Counted from the whole stretch's first letter, positions 12,012 to 25,477 are shown. The stretch: 63,065 nucleotides of DNA, filler included, from Octopus bimaculoides (GCF_001194135.2; 7 parts of 5 records of this genome joined end to end with filler, not necessarily neighbours in it); one strand, 5' to 3'. Program-made: numbers and translations. Notes: a model not told the origin generated them from the sequence alone.

Positions 12012-12724
12012 ATTTCTTTCATTGGCCACAAGGGCCCAGGACATGGAGGACAATATCGAAGGACGAGTCATAACGCACAAAATAAGACGAAAGCCAAAAT
12101 ATGAAAAAAGACAAGATCAAAGGGAAATACTACCACGTTAAGAGATATAACAAAAGCTATACTATCGAAGTTAGAGAAATTATAAATAAGTCAATAATTG
12201 AAATCCCCAGTAGTCCACTTTGGGTATCCGAGTAAAACCCCACGCAAACATTCCAGATTACTCTGCCACCCGTAAGGCATAGGAGAGTGTCCTCTTCCAG
12301 TTTCTTTCCTCTTGCTTAGAAAAGTATACTCAGAGTCGGTCCATTTCATCTCACCCGTCTTGCCACCGTCGACATCCTCTTGATAAATACACTAGAAATC
12401 ACAGCTCCCTCTCTCCTTTCATCTTCAAATTATATTTGCAGAAATTAATGAGGGCTTGACCAGATAGGAAAATTTTCAAACTTCTCAGACGGGTCCACCG
12501 CACAGCCTCTTTTGCCACAGCCTCTACTCAGAAAAAGATCTACCTTCCTTCTCTGCCGGGGGAAGTTAGCGCGTCGATCTTCCCTATGCACTCGGCAAAC
12601 TGCTAAATTCGTCTTACACCAGACAAGAGCTGCTCCACACAATCCCACACTTCTCCAATGTAAAGACACTGAATTATTGCATGCAGGACGTTTTCGTCCT
12701 CCTGAAAGCATCTCGGACACGCAG
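12012..12724 (-). mobile_element. L1/Tx1-clade LINE 3' end: ORF2 C-terminal zinc knuckle + 3' UTR
   Basis: Minus-strand translation with stops: ACPRCFQEDENVLHAIIQC..VWDCVEQLLS...AVAKEAVRWTRLRSLKIFLSGQALINFCKYNLK. Then a ~300-bp UTR ending GGCCCTTGTGGCCAATGAAAGAAAT. Confidence 0.8.
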
Positions 12725-13489
12725 TAATAGTACCACCAGCAGCAACAGCAGCAGCAGCAGTACTGGCAGTAGTTCACTTATTTTTATAGTGTCGTCAATG
12801 CACGATTCATTCGCTGTACCAGGGTTACATAGTGTGTTATGTTTCCTTTTGTGTAGTTCTATGATATTGAAACTACTCAGGATAATAAATGTGCAGTGAC
12901 TAGTGGTACGAATTTCTATATACTTTAAAGTACAAGGACTCGACTTTTATTACGAATATTAAAAGATATTGTTGCATCTCTGTTAATAATTATTAAAGGA
13001 ATATTTCTGAAATAGAGCTACATTATATTAAATTATTACTTCATATGTGAGTTGCTTCCCCTTTTCCCGTTTCGTTTGTTTGAATTTTTGGCGTTAATGT
13101 GTTCGTATTGTTTTTTTTTTTTTGTTTTTTTTGTTTTTTTTTNNNNNNNNNNATTTCTTCTTTCAGGCACTGATAATTATGTCTGAAGATTTGACTCAAT
13201 CTCTAGCTCAATATTAATTCTTTCTGGCGTTCTAACTCTCTAAGAAAAGAATACCTTGAATCATATCACCGGAGTTATTTCATTTTGCTCCTTATTTTAC
13301 AATGTTAAACATCATTAAAGAGTGTGAAAAAGAGCGAGAAAGTGAGAGAGTCTTCTAACTGCAAGGGTAGTCTCGGTTAATTAGTTTGTCAACTCAGTAC
13401 ACTCGGTGTATGTCTGTATCCTATGTGAATATTCCAGATAGAACTCCTCTCGAGGTATACTAACTTGGTCTTATAGTTGATAAGTAGTC

Positions 13490-13830
13490 TACCAAGACAG
13501 GGGGAATAGGCTATACCATCAGATATTATTGCCTTGGGCCAGCAGGAAATTAATATCACTTTATGGAAATATCAGTCCCAACAGATTATGATTTATCCTT
13601 AAATGAAATGGAGAATCTACTCAAATGTAAAGATCTAAAATAGAAATAACAAGAACAGTGTTGTAACGTTAGTAATTTTAGATAGCATCAAATAGTTCCT
13701 GATAACAGAAACTATACCTACAATACAAGCTGCCTTCTATAGGATTAAACACACAGAGCAAAGGCATGACCAAAATATACAAAACGTGCACAAAATAACT
13801 CTGTTGTATACATATTAAAATGTTTGCAAT
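13490..13830 (+). mobile_element. Old R4/Dong REL-domain fragment
   Basis: PDII...EISVPTDYDLSLNEMENLLKCKDL(K/I)EITR resembles the REL consensus D-V-S-x-P-x-D...KxxKYKDLxIEI. Confidence 0.65.
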
Positions 13831-13899
13831 GAAACAGAACAGAGAACTAAAAAATTTACTCCATGTATCTTATGTACACACAACAGTGCTAGGTAATGG

Positions 13900-14560
13900 C
13901 TGAGAAAATATGCAAGAAAAATAACACCCGTGCATAGTGGTTACTTTGGCTGACTCTAAACGGAGCGTCCTTCAACTCATATAATGATGAGCAAACCTGT
14001 TAGCGTATAATAACAACCAATGTCCACAGAAGAATGAAATAATCATACAGATATAATACATTTTGAATTCTCCTCCCGCCCAATACATTTATTTGGATGT
14101 ATTTCTGCACCAAAATATATAAGAAAAGAAACGCTGGAACAGATGCACATAAAGACGGAAAATACTTACATATCTCCAGAATTTACAACACAATATACGT
14201 TGCCAACAATGGAGAGTCTAAAGGGTTGCTAGATGTCGAGATATAGCAGGCAATTTTTCTCACAACATTATTTACAACTTCTTATCCAGCGATTAATGTG
14301 TTTATTTTTTTTAATGGAATGCGAAATATCTAAATAATGTAGTACTAGATAGTTGGTGTAGAATAGGACATGGCTGACAATACTTTAAAATGTTTAGGAT
14401 ATTAGGCAATTCATGGACCTAAACAATAATAAAACTGCTAGCATACATTATTAATGAGGTTCTAGGTAAACAATTAGCATTCATATTTGGTAAGAAGATA
14501 TAAAAGCTATAGAATACTAAGATACCATAGAAAAAAATAAGACATTATGATAACGAAAAT
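13900..14560 (+). mobile_element. Very decayed R4/Dong post-RT fragment
   Basis: Scattered frameshifted motifs RRKILT and GESKGLLDVE (compare TRKILT...GGRGL). Confidence 0.35.
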
Positions 14561-14767
14561 ATTAACATCAGCAGCAGTAGCAGTGACAGTAATTGTAATA
14601 GTAGTAGCAGAGCCCGGTATGAAGAGAGCAAATGTTATAAACATGTTTACGAAAGACTATCAAGCAATAATAATAAATAGAGTAACCACACATGGGACTA
14701 TGTAATTGCAAGTGCATAATCGCACTCACACATACTCACACGCAGATGAATGTATGCGTGTTTAAGA

Positions 14768-14812
<45 letters not shown>

Positions 14813-15107
14813 NNNNNNNNNNNNNNNNNNNNNNNNNNNNNNNNNNNNNNNNNNNNNNNNNNNNNNNNNNNNNNNNNNNNNNNNNNNNNNNNNNNNNNNN
14901 NNNNNNNNNNNNNNNNNNNNNNNNNNNNNNNNNNNNNNNNNNNNNNNNNNNNNNNNNNNNNNNNNNNNNNNNNNNNNNNNNNNNNNNNNNNNNNNNNNNN
15001 NNNNNNNNNNNNNNNNNNNNNNNNNNNNNNNNNNNNNNNNNNNNNNNNNNNNNNNNNNNNNNNNNNNNNNNNNNNNNNNNNNNNNNNNNNNNNNNNNNNN
15101 NNNNNNN

Positions 15108-15154
<47 letters not shown>

Positions 15155-15703
15155 TATCTTTGTTTGCATGTACATATATATATATATATATATATGTACA
15201 TACGCGTTTATTCGGCGAAAGAGAGTGAGAGAGTGAGAGACAAACAGACAGCGAGAGAGACAGAGAGTTACACAGAAGTAAACAGAAAGACAGACAGAGC
15301 ATCGAATTTAGTGTTCGTGTGTTTATTCCATTCCCTAAGAAACATGAACGTTTACTCAACTAGAGAAGATAAAGTAACCACAGATCCATTCAAATCACGC
15401 ACATACCAACATTCCGGCTCACGCACCGTCGTGCAGTAAGCAAAACACAATTATTTCGTGTGTTTATCTGGTGCCAAATGTAAGCCAAGCAATTTTATCA
15501 CTAACGTCTCGTGTTTGCGTCATCCGCTCCCACGAACACTAAAACGTGTACATATACGCACGCATACACGCACGCACGCACGCACACACTTACATACAGT
15601 ATACATACAAACATAGATATACACATATGGATGCGTGTAAAGTTGTTCATATATATGTGCATATAAATATATATATATATGTATATATATGCATATGTAT
15701 ATA

Positions 15704-15739
<36 letters not shown>

Positions 15740-17311
15740 NNNNNNNNNNNNNNNNNNNNNNNNNNNNNNNNNNNNNNNNNNNNNNNNNNNNNNNNNNNNN
15801 NNNNNNNNNNNNNNNNNNNNNNNNNNNNNNNNNNNNNNNNNNNNNNNNNNNNNNNNNNNNNNNNNNNNNNNNNNNNNNNNNNNNNNNNNNNNNNNNNNNN
15901 NNNNNNNNNNNNNNNNNNNNNNNNNNNNNNNNNNNNNNNNNNNNNNNNNNNNNNNNNNNNNNNNNNNNNNNNNNNNNNNNNNNNNNNNNNNNNNNNNNNN
16001 NNNNNNNNNNNNNNNNNNNNNNNNNNNNNNNNNNNNNNNNNNNNNNNNNNNNNNNNNNNNNNNNNNNNNNNNNNNNNNNNNNNNNNNNNNNNNNNNNNNN
16101 NNNNNNNNNNNNNNNNNNNNNNNNNNNNNNNNNNNNNNNNNNNNNNNNNNNNNNNNNNNNNNNNNNNNNNNNNNNNNNNNNNNNNNNNNNNNNNNNNNNN
16201 NNNNNNNNNNNNNNNNNNNNNNNNNNNNNNNNNNNNNNNNNNNNNNNNNNNNNNNNNNNNNNNNNNNNNNNNNNNNNNNNNNNNNNNNNNNNNNNNNNNN
16301 NNNNNNNNNNNNNNNNNNNNNNNNNNNNNNNNNNNNNNNNNNNNNNNNNNNNNNNNNNNNNNNNNNNNNNNNNNNNNNNNNNNNNNNNNNNNNNNNNNNN
16401 NNNNNNNNNNNNNNNNNNNNNNNNNNNNNNNNNNNNNNNNNNNNNNNNNNNNNNNNNNNNNNNNNNNNNNNNNNNNNNNNNNNNNNNNNNNNNNNNNNNN
16501 NNNNNNNNNNNNNNNNNNNNNNNNNNNNNNNNNNNNNNNNNNNNNNNNNNNNNNNNNNNNNNNNNNNNNNNNNNNNNNNNNNNNNNNNNNNNNNNNNNNN
16601 NNNNNNNNNNNNNNNNNNNNNNNNNNNNNNNNNNNNNNNNNNNNNNNNNNNNNNNNNNNNNNNNNATATATATATATATATATATATATAGATATATATA
16701 CATACATATATAATATATACATTTTATATACCATGTATATATCATATAATATAAGTGTGTGAAAGAGAGAAAGAGAGGAAGAGAGAGAGGGAGATAGAGA
16801 AGGAGAGTTTGTGCGATCATGCCTTATAATACAGTTTGGGTTGTTCACAAGTTGATTTGCTTTCACTGACTGTATTGTGTTATTGATGCAGGAAACCTTA
16901 TTGAGTTAGTACACTACAAATATGATTTGCCATTGTCTTGTTTCTTACGTGAGCAGTTTCTGAACTGTCTACTTTGGAACATTTTTCTTTCTGCAATTGA
17001 AGCCAAACATCATTGAGTAATAATTTTTTAATTCAGTTTACACATTACATACTTAAACGTAGAGACATGTATATAGCCATACATCATACACCTTTCTTTT
17101 ATCAGTCAACATTGATCAATATAAAACAGAATATAAAGTTATAAAAGAAACTAAAAATTATATGTATATATCAAGCGTGTATGACAGTACATATTAATAT
17201 TTCAACACATGCAGTGACAAACGCACAAACTTTTGTTGCCAGCATTTACGTGAATGTATATATACACACATGCATGCATATATAAGTATATGAACATACG
17301 AACGTATATAC

Positions 17312-17368
<57 letters not shown>

Positions 17369-17539
17369 TGTGTGTGTGTGTGTGTGTGAGCATGCGTGAA
17401 TACATATAAATATGTATGTATATATCTATATATGTAAAACTTTACTAAGTTTAGTCACGACAACAAAAACTTTGCAGAAATCTGAATTGGTATTCTATAC
17501 TTTTGTAGATTATATAGACTACTTGTAGTGACTTCGAAA

Positions 17540-17694
17540 TTTCGGTCTGCTTAGCCAAATGCACACACACACAAGGCTTTGGTCAGGCCGAGGCTATAGA
17601 AGACACTTGCGGCAAGGTGCTACGCAGTAGGACTGAACCCGGAAGCATGTGTTTCGGAGACCAGCTCCTTGCCACACACCCACGCCCGCGCCTG
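17540..17694 (-). mobile_element. SINE family A 5' (tRNA-like head) fragment
   Basis: Reverse complement reads GGCGTGGGTGTGTGG...CCGGGTTCAGTCCTACTGCGTAGCACCTTG...AAAGCCTTGTG. Confidence 0.85.
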
Positions 17695-17697
17695 ACG

Positions 17698-17757
<60 letters not shown>

Positions 17758-17901
17758 CGTGTGTGTTTGTGTGTGTATATGTGTGAGGTGTGTGTGTGTA
17801 TGTATGTATGTATATATTATATGTATTTAAATATATGTACATATATATGTGTATATGTGTGTGCACAGATATAAGTCATAGTGGACGGATATGTGTGTGC
17901 T

Positions 17902-17935
<34 letters not shown>

Positions 17936-18779
17936 TGTGTGTGTGTATTAACAAATTTTTAAATTACATTATTTCATGTTTGAATTCTCTAGAAATTATT
18001 TTAAAGAAACTTTTATTTTGCTAATATGTGTTTTAAAGTTTAACTATGTAGAAAATGGAAGTGAAAATAAGTCAGAGGGGCAGATAATAAGAAGTGGATT
18101 TAGAAAAAATGTGTAGAAGTTTCCAAATATGACGAGGAAATAATACATATCAAAGAGAACGAAGGGGATTTATCCACTTATCTTCAAAACAAGGATATTT
18201 ATTTCGTAAACGAAAATCCTAAGTTACATGAATGCTAATAAACAATGACCAGTTATTGACTCAAATGTAAAGAGTAGCAAAAGATTAATAAGCAGATAAG
18301 AAATACAGGAAACTTGGAAATTATGAGTGCACATAAAATCTACCACCTCTAAATATTTACTGCCATCAGAAATGCAGAAAATATTGTGTGCTACGAAGCC
18401 TAGTGTTACTACAAAAAATAATGTCACGCATTTTTTACAAAAATAATAAAAAATGAAATACATACAGTGTACTGTAGCTATCTGAAACCCACTCTGCCAC
18501 ATCGTCAGATATGGAAGATGCATGTATCTGAAACTGAGTAAATGATTGTTTTCCAGTGAAATACCAGGATAATATGTATTCAAACACTTACCCTTGTGTG
18601 TCTGTGTTTGTGTGTGTGCATGTATATGTATGTGTGTGCGTGTGTGTGTACAAACTGAAAGAGAGAGGGAAGAGAAAGAAGTGGAGCACAAGGGTATCTG
18701 AGTACACTGAATTATCAGTATATGACACTCTCCGAACAAATTAAAAGGCTTTTATTTCTTTCAGATCCCCCATGGAGGA

Positions 18780-19770
18780 TAAATTGTTAACACACTTGTG
18801 TAATCATGGTCGCTGTATGTGTAGAACACAGCGATTTAGAAATTGCCAACTTTCTAAATGTTGTAATGTCTTTGGTGCATAACGTTTGGATGAAATTGGA
18901 AGCACGGCGAGTAAGTATCAACCCTGTGAGAGATAAACAAACATTCTAAACGATCTGACAATTCATCCAGCATGTTCCAGACATTATCGAGGAAGGTCTG
19001 GGAAGATGCATGAGGTCCATTGGCAAATAATTTTAATTGCTGGAGTGAACTACGAAAACAATTGTAAAGGAGAACGTTTGATAGAATTCGCATATAGCGA
19101 GGAGAAACCAGTTAATGTGTGCAAAGACAGGAAAAGCGTTTGATCGGTGCCAAGCGGGTATTTAACAAATATAAAACTGCTCCCAACCATGACATGCATC
19201 AGCTATCCTGTAATGAGAAAACTGCAGCCATGACCAAACTCTAATTGTTCAATTGAGATGTGATTATGAGTATAACGTTTTGATGCCCCAAGGTGATGAA
19301 AACTAATTTTCCAGCAACTGTTATTGTTTTTATAGTGTTGAGTACCGAAGGTAATATCATGCTATCTTTAATCTTTTCTGGGAATTAATGCTGCAGGATA
19401 CGATGAGCTACTGAAGACATTTACTAAGTCCTGTACAAAATACGTACTAAGTGGAAGGTCACACGTGTTTCAACAAATATTTAGGACCTTCTCAGAAAGC
19501 TCATGTAAATCGGGGATTGATGTCAATCCTTACAATCATGCAACTCTCAAATTTCGGCCTCCCAACTCGCCAGATTTATATCCCAAGGATATTTAGAGTG
19601 TTGTTGGAAAGGAGAGTAATTTATATTCTCAGGATACCATATTATTAGTTCAGACCGCCATACCCTTGTAATGTTCAGAATGAATACGAACCTTTTAGTG
19701 TAACCTTGTGCAACATTGCAGTCATTCGTTGAAGCAATGATACAAGATGAAAGTGGATTCATAGACTGAT
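18780..19770 (+). mobile_element. Decayed Tc1/mariner transposase (DD37D/maT-like)
   Basis: Frameshifted motifs EHSDLEIANFLNV, KTNFPATV, GRSHVFQQ, RPPNSPDLYPKD and terminal EAMIQDESGFID*. The DD37D label comes from overall resemblance; the spacing could not be counted cleanly. Confidence 0.8.
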
Positions 19771-19904
19771 GTTATTATAAAATTATCGAGAACACGTACA
19801 CAAACTTTTATTAAAATGTATTTGGTCGTGTGATAAGAGTTGTTTTACAATGGTTACATACACGCGCGCGCGCGTATATATATATTAATATATATTTAGA
19901 TTTA

Positions 19905-20370
19905 AATAATAAGGGTGAAAAATTGAATATTAATTTGATTACTATCAAAATAAAACCAGTGGCCTAGCAAATTAAAGAATCTGAAGATTCAGAAAAATTA
20001 TATTACATACATATTTCTGGTGTTTGGCGCACCAAAACGAAGACTTTTGAAATATAACCCCAAGTGTAATTGGTAGAACTATATACATGTTCAATCTCAT
20101 GCGGACGTCTTGTGTATAATTCTGAAAATTATATTGTGAAGACGACAATGACGATCACAGCGTTGCAGACAATTACGTAAATAAATTACGTAAGTAGTTG
20201 ACAACGAACCCCGTCTGTGATTAACCTTTATATCTTGTATTTTTTCATTTGTCTTGCTCGCTTACATTCTGGTGTTCACTGAATTTTCTTGAGAACAATG
20301 TTTCCTTAGTGGTCAGACCGTAGGTGGTGTTCTTCTAGCAAAAGGTATGTTCACTTAGTAGTCATCTCTC
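19905..20370. mobile_element. Unclassified interspersed repeat, possibly an LTR remnant
   Basis: Complex non-coding block that looks LTR-like; no TG..CA termini or TSD confirmed. Confidence 0.25.
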
Positions 20371-21162
20371 TTATATGTAAGTAATTATATATATATATAT
20401 ATATACCCCACCCTACCCACAGACCCCTACCTCTNNNNNNNNNNNNNNNNNNNNNNNNNNNNNNNNNNNNNNNNNNNNNNNNNNNNNNNNNNNNNNNNNN
20501 NNNNNNNNNNNNNNNNNNNNNNNNNNNNNNNNNNNNNNNNNNNNNNNNNNNNNNNNNNNNNNNNNNNNNNNNNNNNNNNNNNNNNNNNNNNNNNNNNNNN
20601 NNNNNNNNNNNNNNNNNNNNNNNNNNNNNNNNNNNNNNNNNNNNNNNNNNNNNNNNNNNNNNNNNNNNNNNNNNNNNNNNNNNNNNNNNNNNNNNNNNNN
20701 NNNNNNNNNNNNNNNNNNNNNNNNNNNNNNNNNNNNNNNNNNNNNNNNNNNNNNNNNNNNNNNNNNNNNNNNNNNNNNNNNNNNNNNNNNNNNNNNNNNN
20801 NNNNNNNNNNNNNNNNNNNNNNNNNNNNNNNNNNNNNNNNNNNNNNNNNNNNNNNNNNNNNNNNNNNNNNNNNNNNNNNNNNNNNNNNNNNNNNNNNNNN
20901 NNNNNNNNNNNNNNNNNNNNNNNNNNNNNNNNNNNNNNNNNNNNNNNNNNNNNNNNNNNNNNNNNNNNNNNNNNNNNNNNNNNNNNNNNNNNNNNNNNNN
21001 NNNNNNNNNNNNNNNNNNNNNNNNNNNNNNNNNNNNNNNNNNNNNNNNNNNNNNNNNNNNNNNNNNNNNNNNNNNNNNNNNNNNNNNNNNNNNNNNNNNN
21101 NAAGCATGACCTAAGAAATGTTTTTACTTTATCACACCTCAAACAGCAACATACTAAATTTG

Positions 21163-21227
<65 letters not shown>

Positions 21228-22469
21228 AACCAATCTATCAATCTATTCATCTAACCATCTCTCCCCGTCTCTCTCTGTATGTTTGGATGTATGTATGTAT
21301 GTATGTATGTAGGTAGGTAGGCAGGCAGGCTGGCAGTTAATTAGGTAGGTAGGTAGGTAGGTAGGTAGGTAGGTAGGTAGGTATACATGAACTNNNNNNN
21401 NNNNNNNNNNNNNNNNNNNNNNNNNNNNNNNNNNNNNNNNNNNNNNNNNNNNNNNNNNNNNNNNNNNNNNNNNNNNNNNNNNNNNNNNNNNNNNNNNNNN
21501 NNNNNNNNNNNNNNNNNNNNNNNNNNNNNNNNNNNNNNNNNNNNNNGGCAGTTAATTAGGTAGGTAGGTAGGTAGGTAGGTAGGTAGGTAGGTAGGTATA
21601 CATGAACTTGTGTGTGTGCGCAATAGAGAGAAGGGTGTTCTCCGTCCACATATATACTGTTTTATGTTATATTGATAGTTGAATATTAAAATTTAAGCGA
21701 ATACATATTGAAAATGAGAAAATAAGAAAATAAGCATCAAATTTCAAAATTAGTGTTTTAAGGACAGTCGTTTTATCAACAACCTACATTACGTAACGGT
21801 ATAAGGACCGCAAAGAACTATGATATTCATAAATTTTATGATTACCACGTGATTTCTAATCCCGGGTAATTTGTGTGTTTCTGGTATGAAGCAGTTTAAT
21901 AAAACTGAGTTTTTTCTCTATAAGTTGTGAGGTGTGAATAAGAACTAAATGTCAATCAACCAGATAAAAAAGAATCAGTGATAGAATTATCGTGACGTGA
22001 AATCGAGAAAAAGCTAGTTCCCTCAAATCATTTTCCATGAGCAGCATGCTGATGCGATGCACTTCAAAATAATAGAAGGGCTTATAGTCTTCAGGTAACA
22101 CACATTTTCCTTTCAAAAGTAGCACCTGCAACATATCTGTATATGTGTGCATGCATGCATGTATGTCATTATTCAGTTTTATTTCACGATTTCTCGCGAA
22201 TAGAGAAGGAGCAGGTTCCTAACCTGGATCCAAGGCTCCTTCATTGGAATTTCAACATCAGCAGGATATTTTTGTATATATGTATGTACACGAGTTCTGA
22301 TCAATAAGTAACAGGTCTGTTGCCATTGTAACGAAGCCAAAACACGCAGAGTAAAATCGATTAGTACAGATTGACCTTGAACTCTACTGTGCATGCGCAC
22401 TATGTTTTAGCATTCTAGCTCACTTCCGCTGTTTATAGCAGTGCTTGGAAGGAAAGTGTGTAGCGTGTG

Positions 22470-22640
22470 ATCGTCGCATTGACCATGACAGAGCAAGTCG
22501 TGATGGTGATAACTGCTCAGAAGCCTACGCAAACTTGCAGAAAGTATATGGAGCGTATGAGGTGCACACAAGTGTACGAATGTTACAGAGGTTTCCAAGA
22601 TGGCCGAAAGAATGTCGATGGTGACGAACGTTGTAAACTA
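22470..22640 (+). mobile_element. Mariner transposase N-terminal HTH fragment
   Basis: SEAYANLQKVYG...RFQDGRKNVDGDER (frameshifted) resembles mariner ..KVYG...FKxGRxxxxDxxRxGRP. Confidence 0.65.
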
Positions 22641-22829
22641 TGTCACATTTAAAACTCGGGAAAAGTCTTGCATAGTATTACTGTTCCGTTTACAGATTGT
22701 ATTTCTTATGTGCCAGTCAGTTGGTTGATTTCGTTTTCTTATAATCCAAACTTGTCCCGACTGACGGTAAGGTATTTACTTACAAAAGCAAGTGGTCCAA
22801 ATATTATAGGAATAAATGTAAATTTGCAA

Positions 22830-22892
22830 TATACTGTATGTACATGCGTATATACTGTATGTACGTGTGTATATACTGTATGTACGTCTGTA
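22830..22892. repeat. 21-bp minisatellite TATACTGTATGTACRTSYGTA x3
   Basis: Units at 22830, 22851 and 22872. Confidence 0.9.
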
Positions 22893-23504
22893 TATGTATG
22901 TATATTAATGACATTAATGATTGTTATTATAGGTGATAGTATAACATTGATCCTTGTTGATCATACCTCAAAAAACGCCAGTGGTAAACGTTAAAAGCAG
23001 CGATCATATCAGTTTTCCCAATAGATTTCTGGTAGATTTCAGGGAATGGCATTAGAGAAACGAGTGCCCCCACTAAACGCAGATACGCACATTCACACAC
23101 ACGGACAAACTTACAGAAATACATACACCAATATTATTCTTTCAATAGAATATCTGATATTTTTCTGTAGTTCATATACAGATAAACTAAAAAAAAAACA
23201 CATTGATATTTGATGTTTCTTAGCTAATAAAATTACATGAAAATTTCAACAAAAGAATCTCAAACTTATAAGGGTTGATGATGAATTACATTACCTTTTG
23301 TTATTTGGCTTCACAAATGTGATTGATTAATAATAATCTATTTTTTTTTCTAATTCTGAGAAACGAACATTTCTTATATTAATATATGCATAAATACATC
23401 CATCCATCAGACATGCACTCACACACACATACACACACATGCACGCCCCGCACATACACCACAAACACAGAAACACACAGAGAGAGAAACACACTCACAC
23501 ACAG

Positions 23505-23543
<39 letters not shown>

Positions 23544-23643
23544 NNNNNNNNNNNNNNNNNNNNNNNNNNNNNNNNNNNNNNNNNNNNTTAATTAATTAAN
23601 NNNNNNNNNNNNNNNNNNNNNNNNNNNNNNNNNNNNNNNNNNN
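23544..23643. other. Artificial scaffold linker N44-TTAATTAATTAA-N44
   Basis: Same 100-bp structure as 7374. Confidence 0.97.
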
Positions 23644-24004
23644 GGCCCAGCGGTCATAGGATCGCGGTTTCGATTCCCAGACAGGGCGTTGTGAGTGTTT
23701 ATTGAGCGAAAACACCTAAAGCTCCACGAGGCTCCTGCAGGGGATGGTGGCGAACCCTGCTGTACTCTTTCATCACAACTTTCTCTCACTCTTACTTCCT
23801 GTTTCTGTTGTACCTGTAATTCAAAGGGTCAGCCTTATCACACTGTGTCACGCTGAATATTCCCCGAGAACTACGTTAAGGGTACACGTGTCTGTGGAGT
23901 ACTCAGCCACTTGCACATTAATTTCCCGAGCAGGCTGTTCCGTTGATCGAATCAAATGGAACCCTCGACGTCGTAAGCGACGGAGTGCCAACAACAACAA
24001 CAAC
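23644..24004 (+). mobile_element. tRNA-headed SINE family C, (CAA)n tail, head clipped by the linker
   Basis: Near-identical to 39317-39709 and to the reverse complement of 27968-28351. Confidence 0.95.
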
Positions 24005-24381
24005 GTAATTACCCACAGCCTTGATTTACTGCAGTACTTTACATGTTAATTTATGATATGTAAAACATGTTTTTGAATACACATTTTATTCTTATTTTTA
24101 TTCCTATTTTTTTCCTATTACAGATAGCGATGCATAGTAGAGTCAGAGATGTTGGACATCATGATACTTCGAGAAGCGCAAAACATAAGCAAAAAAGAAG
24201 AAAAAGAAAGAAATACATCCATGTGATATCAAAATTATATGAATTGACAGAATATTTTGATGTTCCTGGTAGTACAATAAAGACTGAAGCTGAAAATGCA
24301 GGGACAAGTAATACTAGCGTGACAGAAGGCATATAGTAAAAGTCAGAAATGAAACAAGAAGTAAAAAGAAAAAAGTACTTT

Positions 24382-24565
24382 AATGAACGGAAGAGACCAT
24401 TCGGAAGACCTCTAATCAGGTGGGAAGACGATTTAAGAAAGATATTTGGAACAAGGTGGGGGAGAATGGCGAAAGCACGAGAGGAATGGAACAAACGCTG
24501 TGGCCAGCGGAGCCGACTTGGTACAAGACAGCCTGACCGATCCAGGTGACCCAGATCCAGGTGAC
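24382..24565 (+). mobile_element. RTE-clade LINE 3' end
   Basis: KRPFGRPLIRWEDDLRKIFGTRWGRMAKAREEW fits the RTE C-terminal pattern R-P-x-G-R-P-x-x-R-W-x-D; short tandem tail GATCCAGGTGAC x2. Confidence 0.85.
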
Positions 24566-24748
24566 TTTAATGACAAAGGTGAATGACCAAACAATCAAGA
24601 TCATTGCAATCGTGAAAACTGGATAATCAAAAAAAAATTATGAATGTCAGCATTCTAATTAGGACATTATTCCGGTTATGAGATTGTATGAAAATAAAAA
24701 GAAATCACAACTTTGTCATAAGTCTTATTTCACATTCATTCATAGATA

Positions 24749-25110
24749 TCCCACTGCGTGGCACCTTGGGCTACTGTCTTCTACGCTAGGTTTGGGCCGA
24801 CTAGAGCCTTGTGAGTGGACTTGATAAATGGAAGCTGAATGAAGCCTGTTGTGTGTTTGTGTGTGTGTGTGTGTGTACGTGCATGTGTGTGCGTGTGCAT
24901 GTGCGTGTGTGTGTGTATCCACCACTGCTTGACAACCGGGGTTGGTGTGTTTGCGTCCCCGTAACTTAGCGGTTCGACAAAAGGAAACGATAGAATAAGT
25001 ACCAGGCTTAAGAAATAAGGACTGAGGTCGATTCAGTCGACTAAAAATTATTCCAGGCAGTGCCCCAGCATGGCCGCAGTCTAATGACTGAAACAAGTAA
25101 AAGACAAAAG
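24749..25110 (+). mobile_element. SINE family A, 5'-truncated, internal (GT)-rich tract
   Basis: CCCACTGCGTGGCACCTTGGGC...CCCCAGCATGGCCGCAGTCTAATGACTGAAACAAGTAAAAGA. Confidence 0.9.
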
Positions 25111-25377
25111 GCACCAACAAGAAACACAAGAAATTATCTAATGGTGACGCTCATGGCGACATTTTTCCTTCATTTTGTGAAAAAGAATGTCAAATACCAA
25201 GTGGACATCTTATGCAGATACAGAAAAAGCATGTTTACGTAACGTTACGTCAATGAATTTAAGTCTTGGATGACGTTTAAAAGAAGAGTTATCAGAAGAA
25301 AGAGTATTGACAGCAGACTCGTAGATTCAATGTTGATTAAATGTTCTTTCTTTTGTTCTTTTATTTGTTTCAGCCAT

Positions 25378-25477
25378 NNNNNNNNNNNNNNNNNNNNNNN
25401 NNNNNNNNNNNNNNNNNNNNNTTAATTAATTAANNNNNNNNNNNNNNNNNNNNNNNNNNNNNNNNNNNNNNNNNNNN
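25378..25477. other. Artificial scaffold linker N44-TTAATTAATTAA-N44
   Basis: Same 100-bp structure as 7374. Confidence 0.97.

Noticed and set aside
14692-16866. Many long ORFs (up to 448 aa)
   Set aside because: Made of N runs and (TA)n. The same applies to ORFs at 20351, 29744, 34751, 37850, 40764, 49370 and 57860.
21332-21606. Duplicated GGCAGTTAATT(AGGT)n ATACATGAA around a gap
   Set aside because: Same assembly pattern: identical contig ends flanking Ns.
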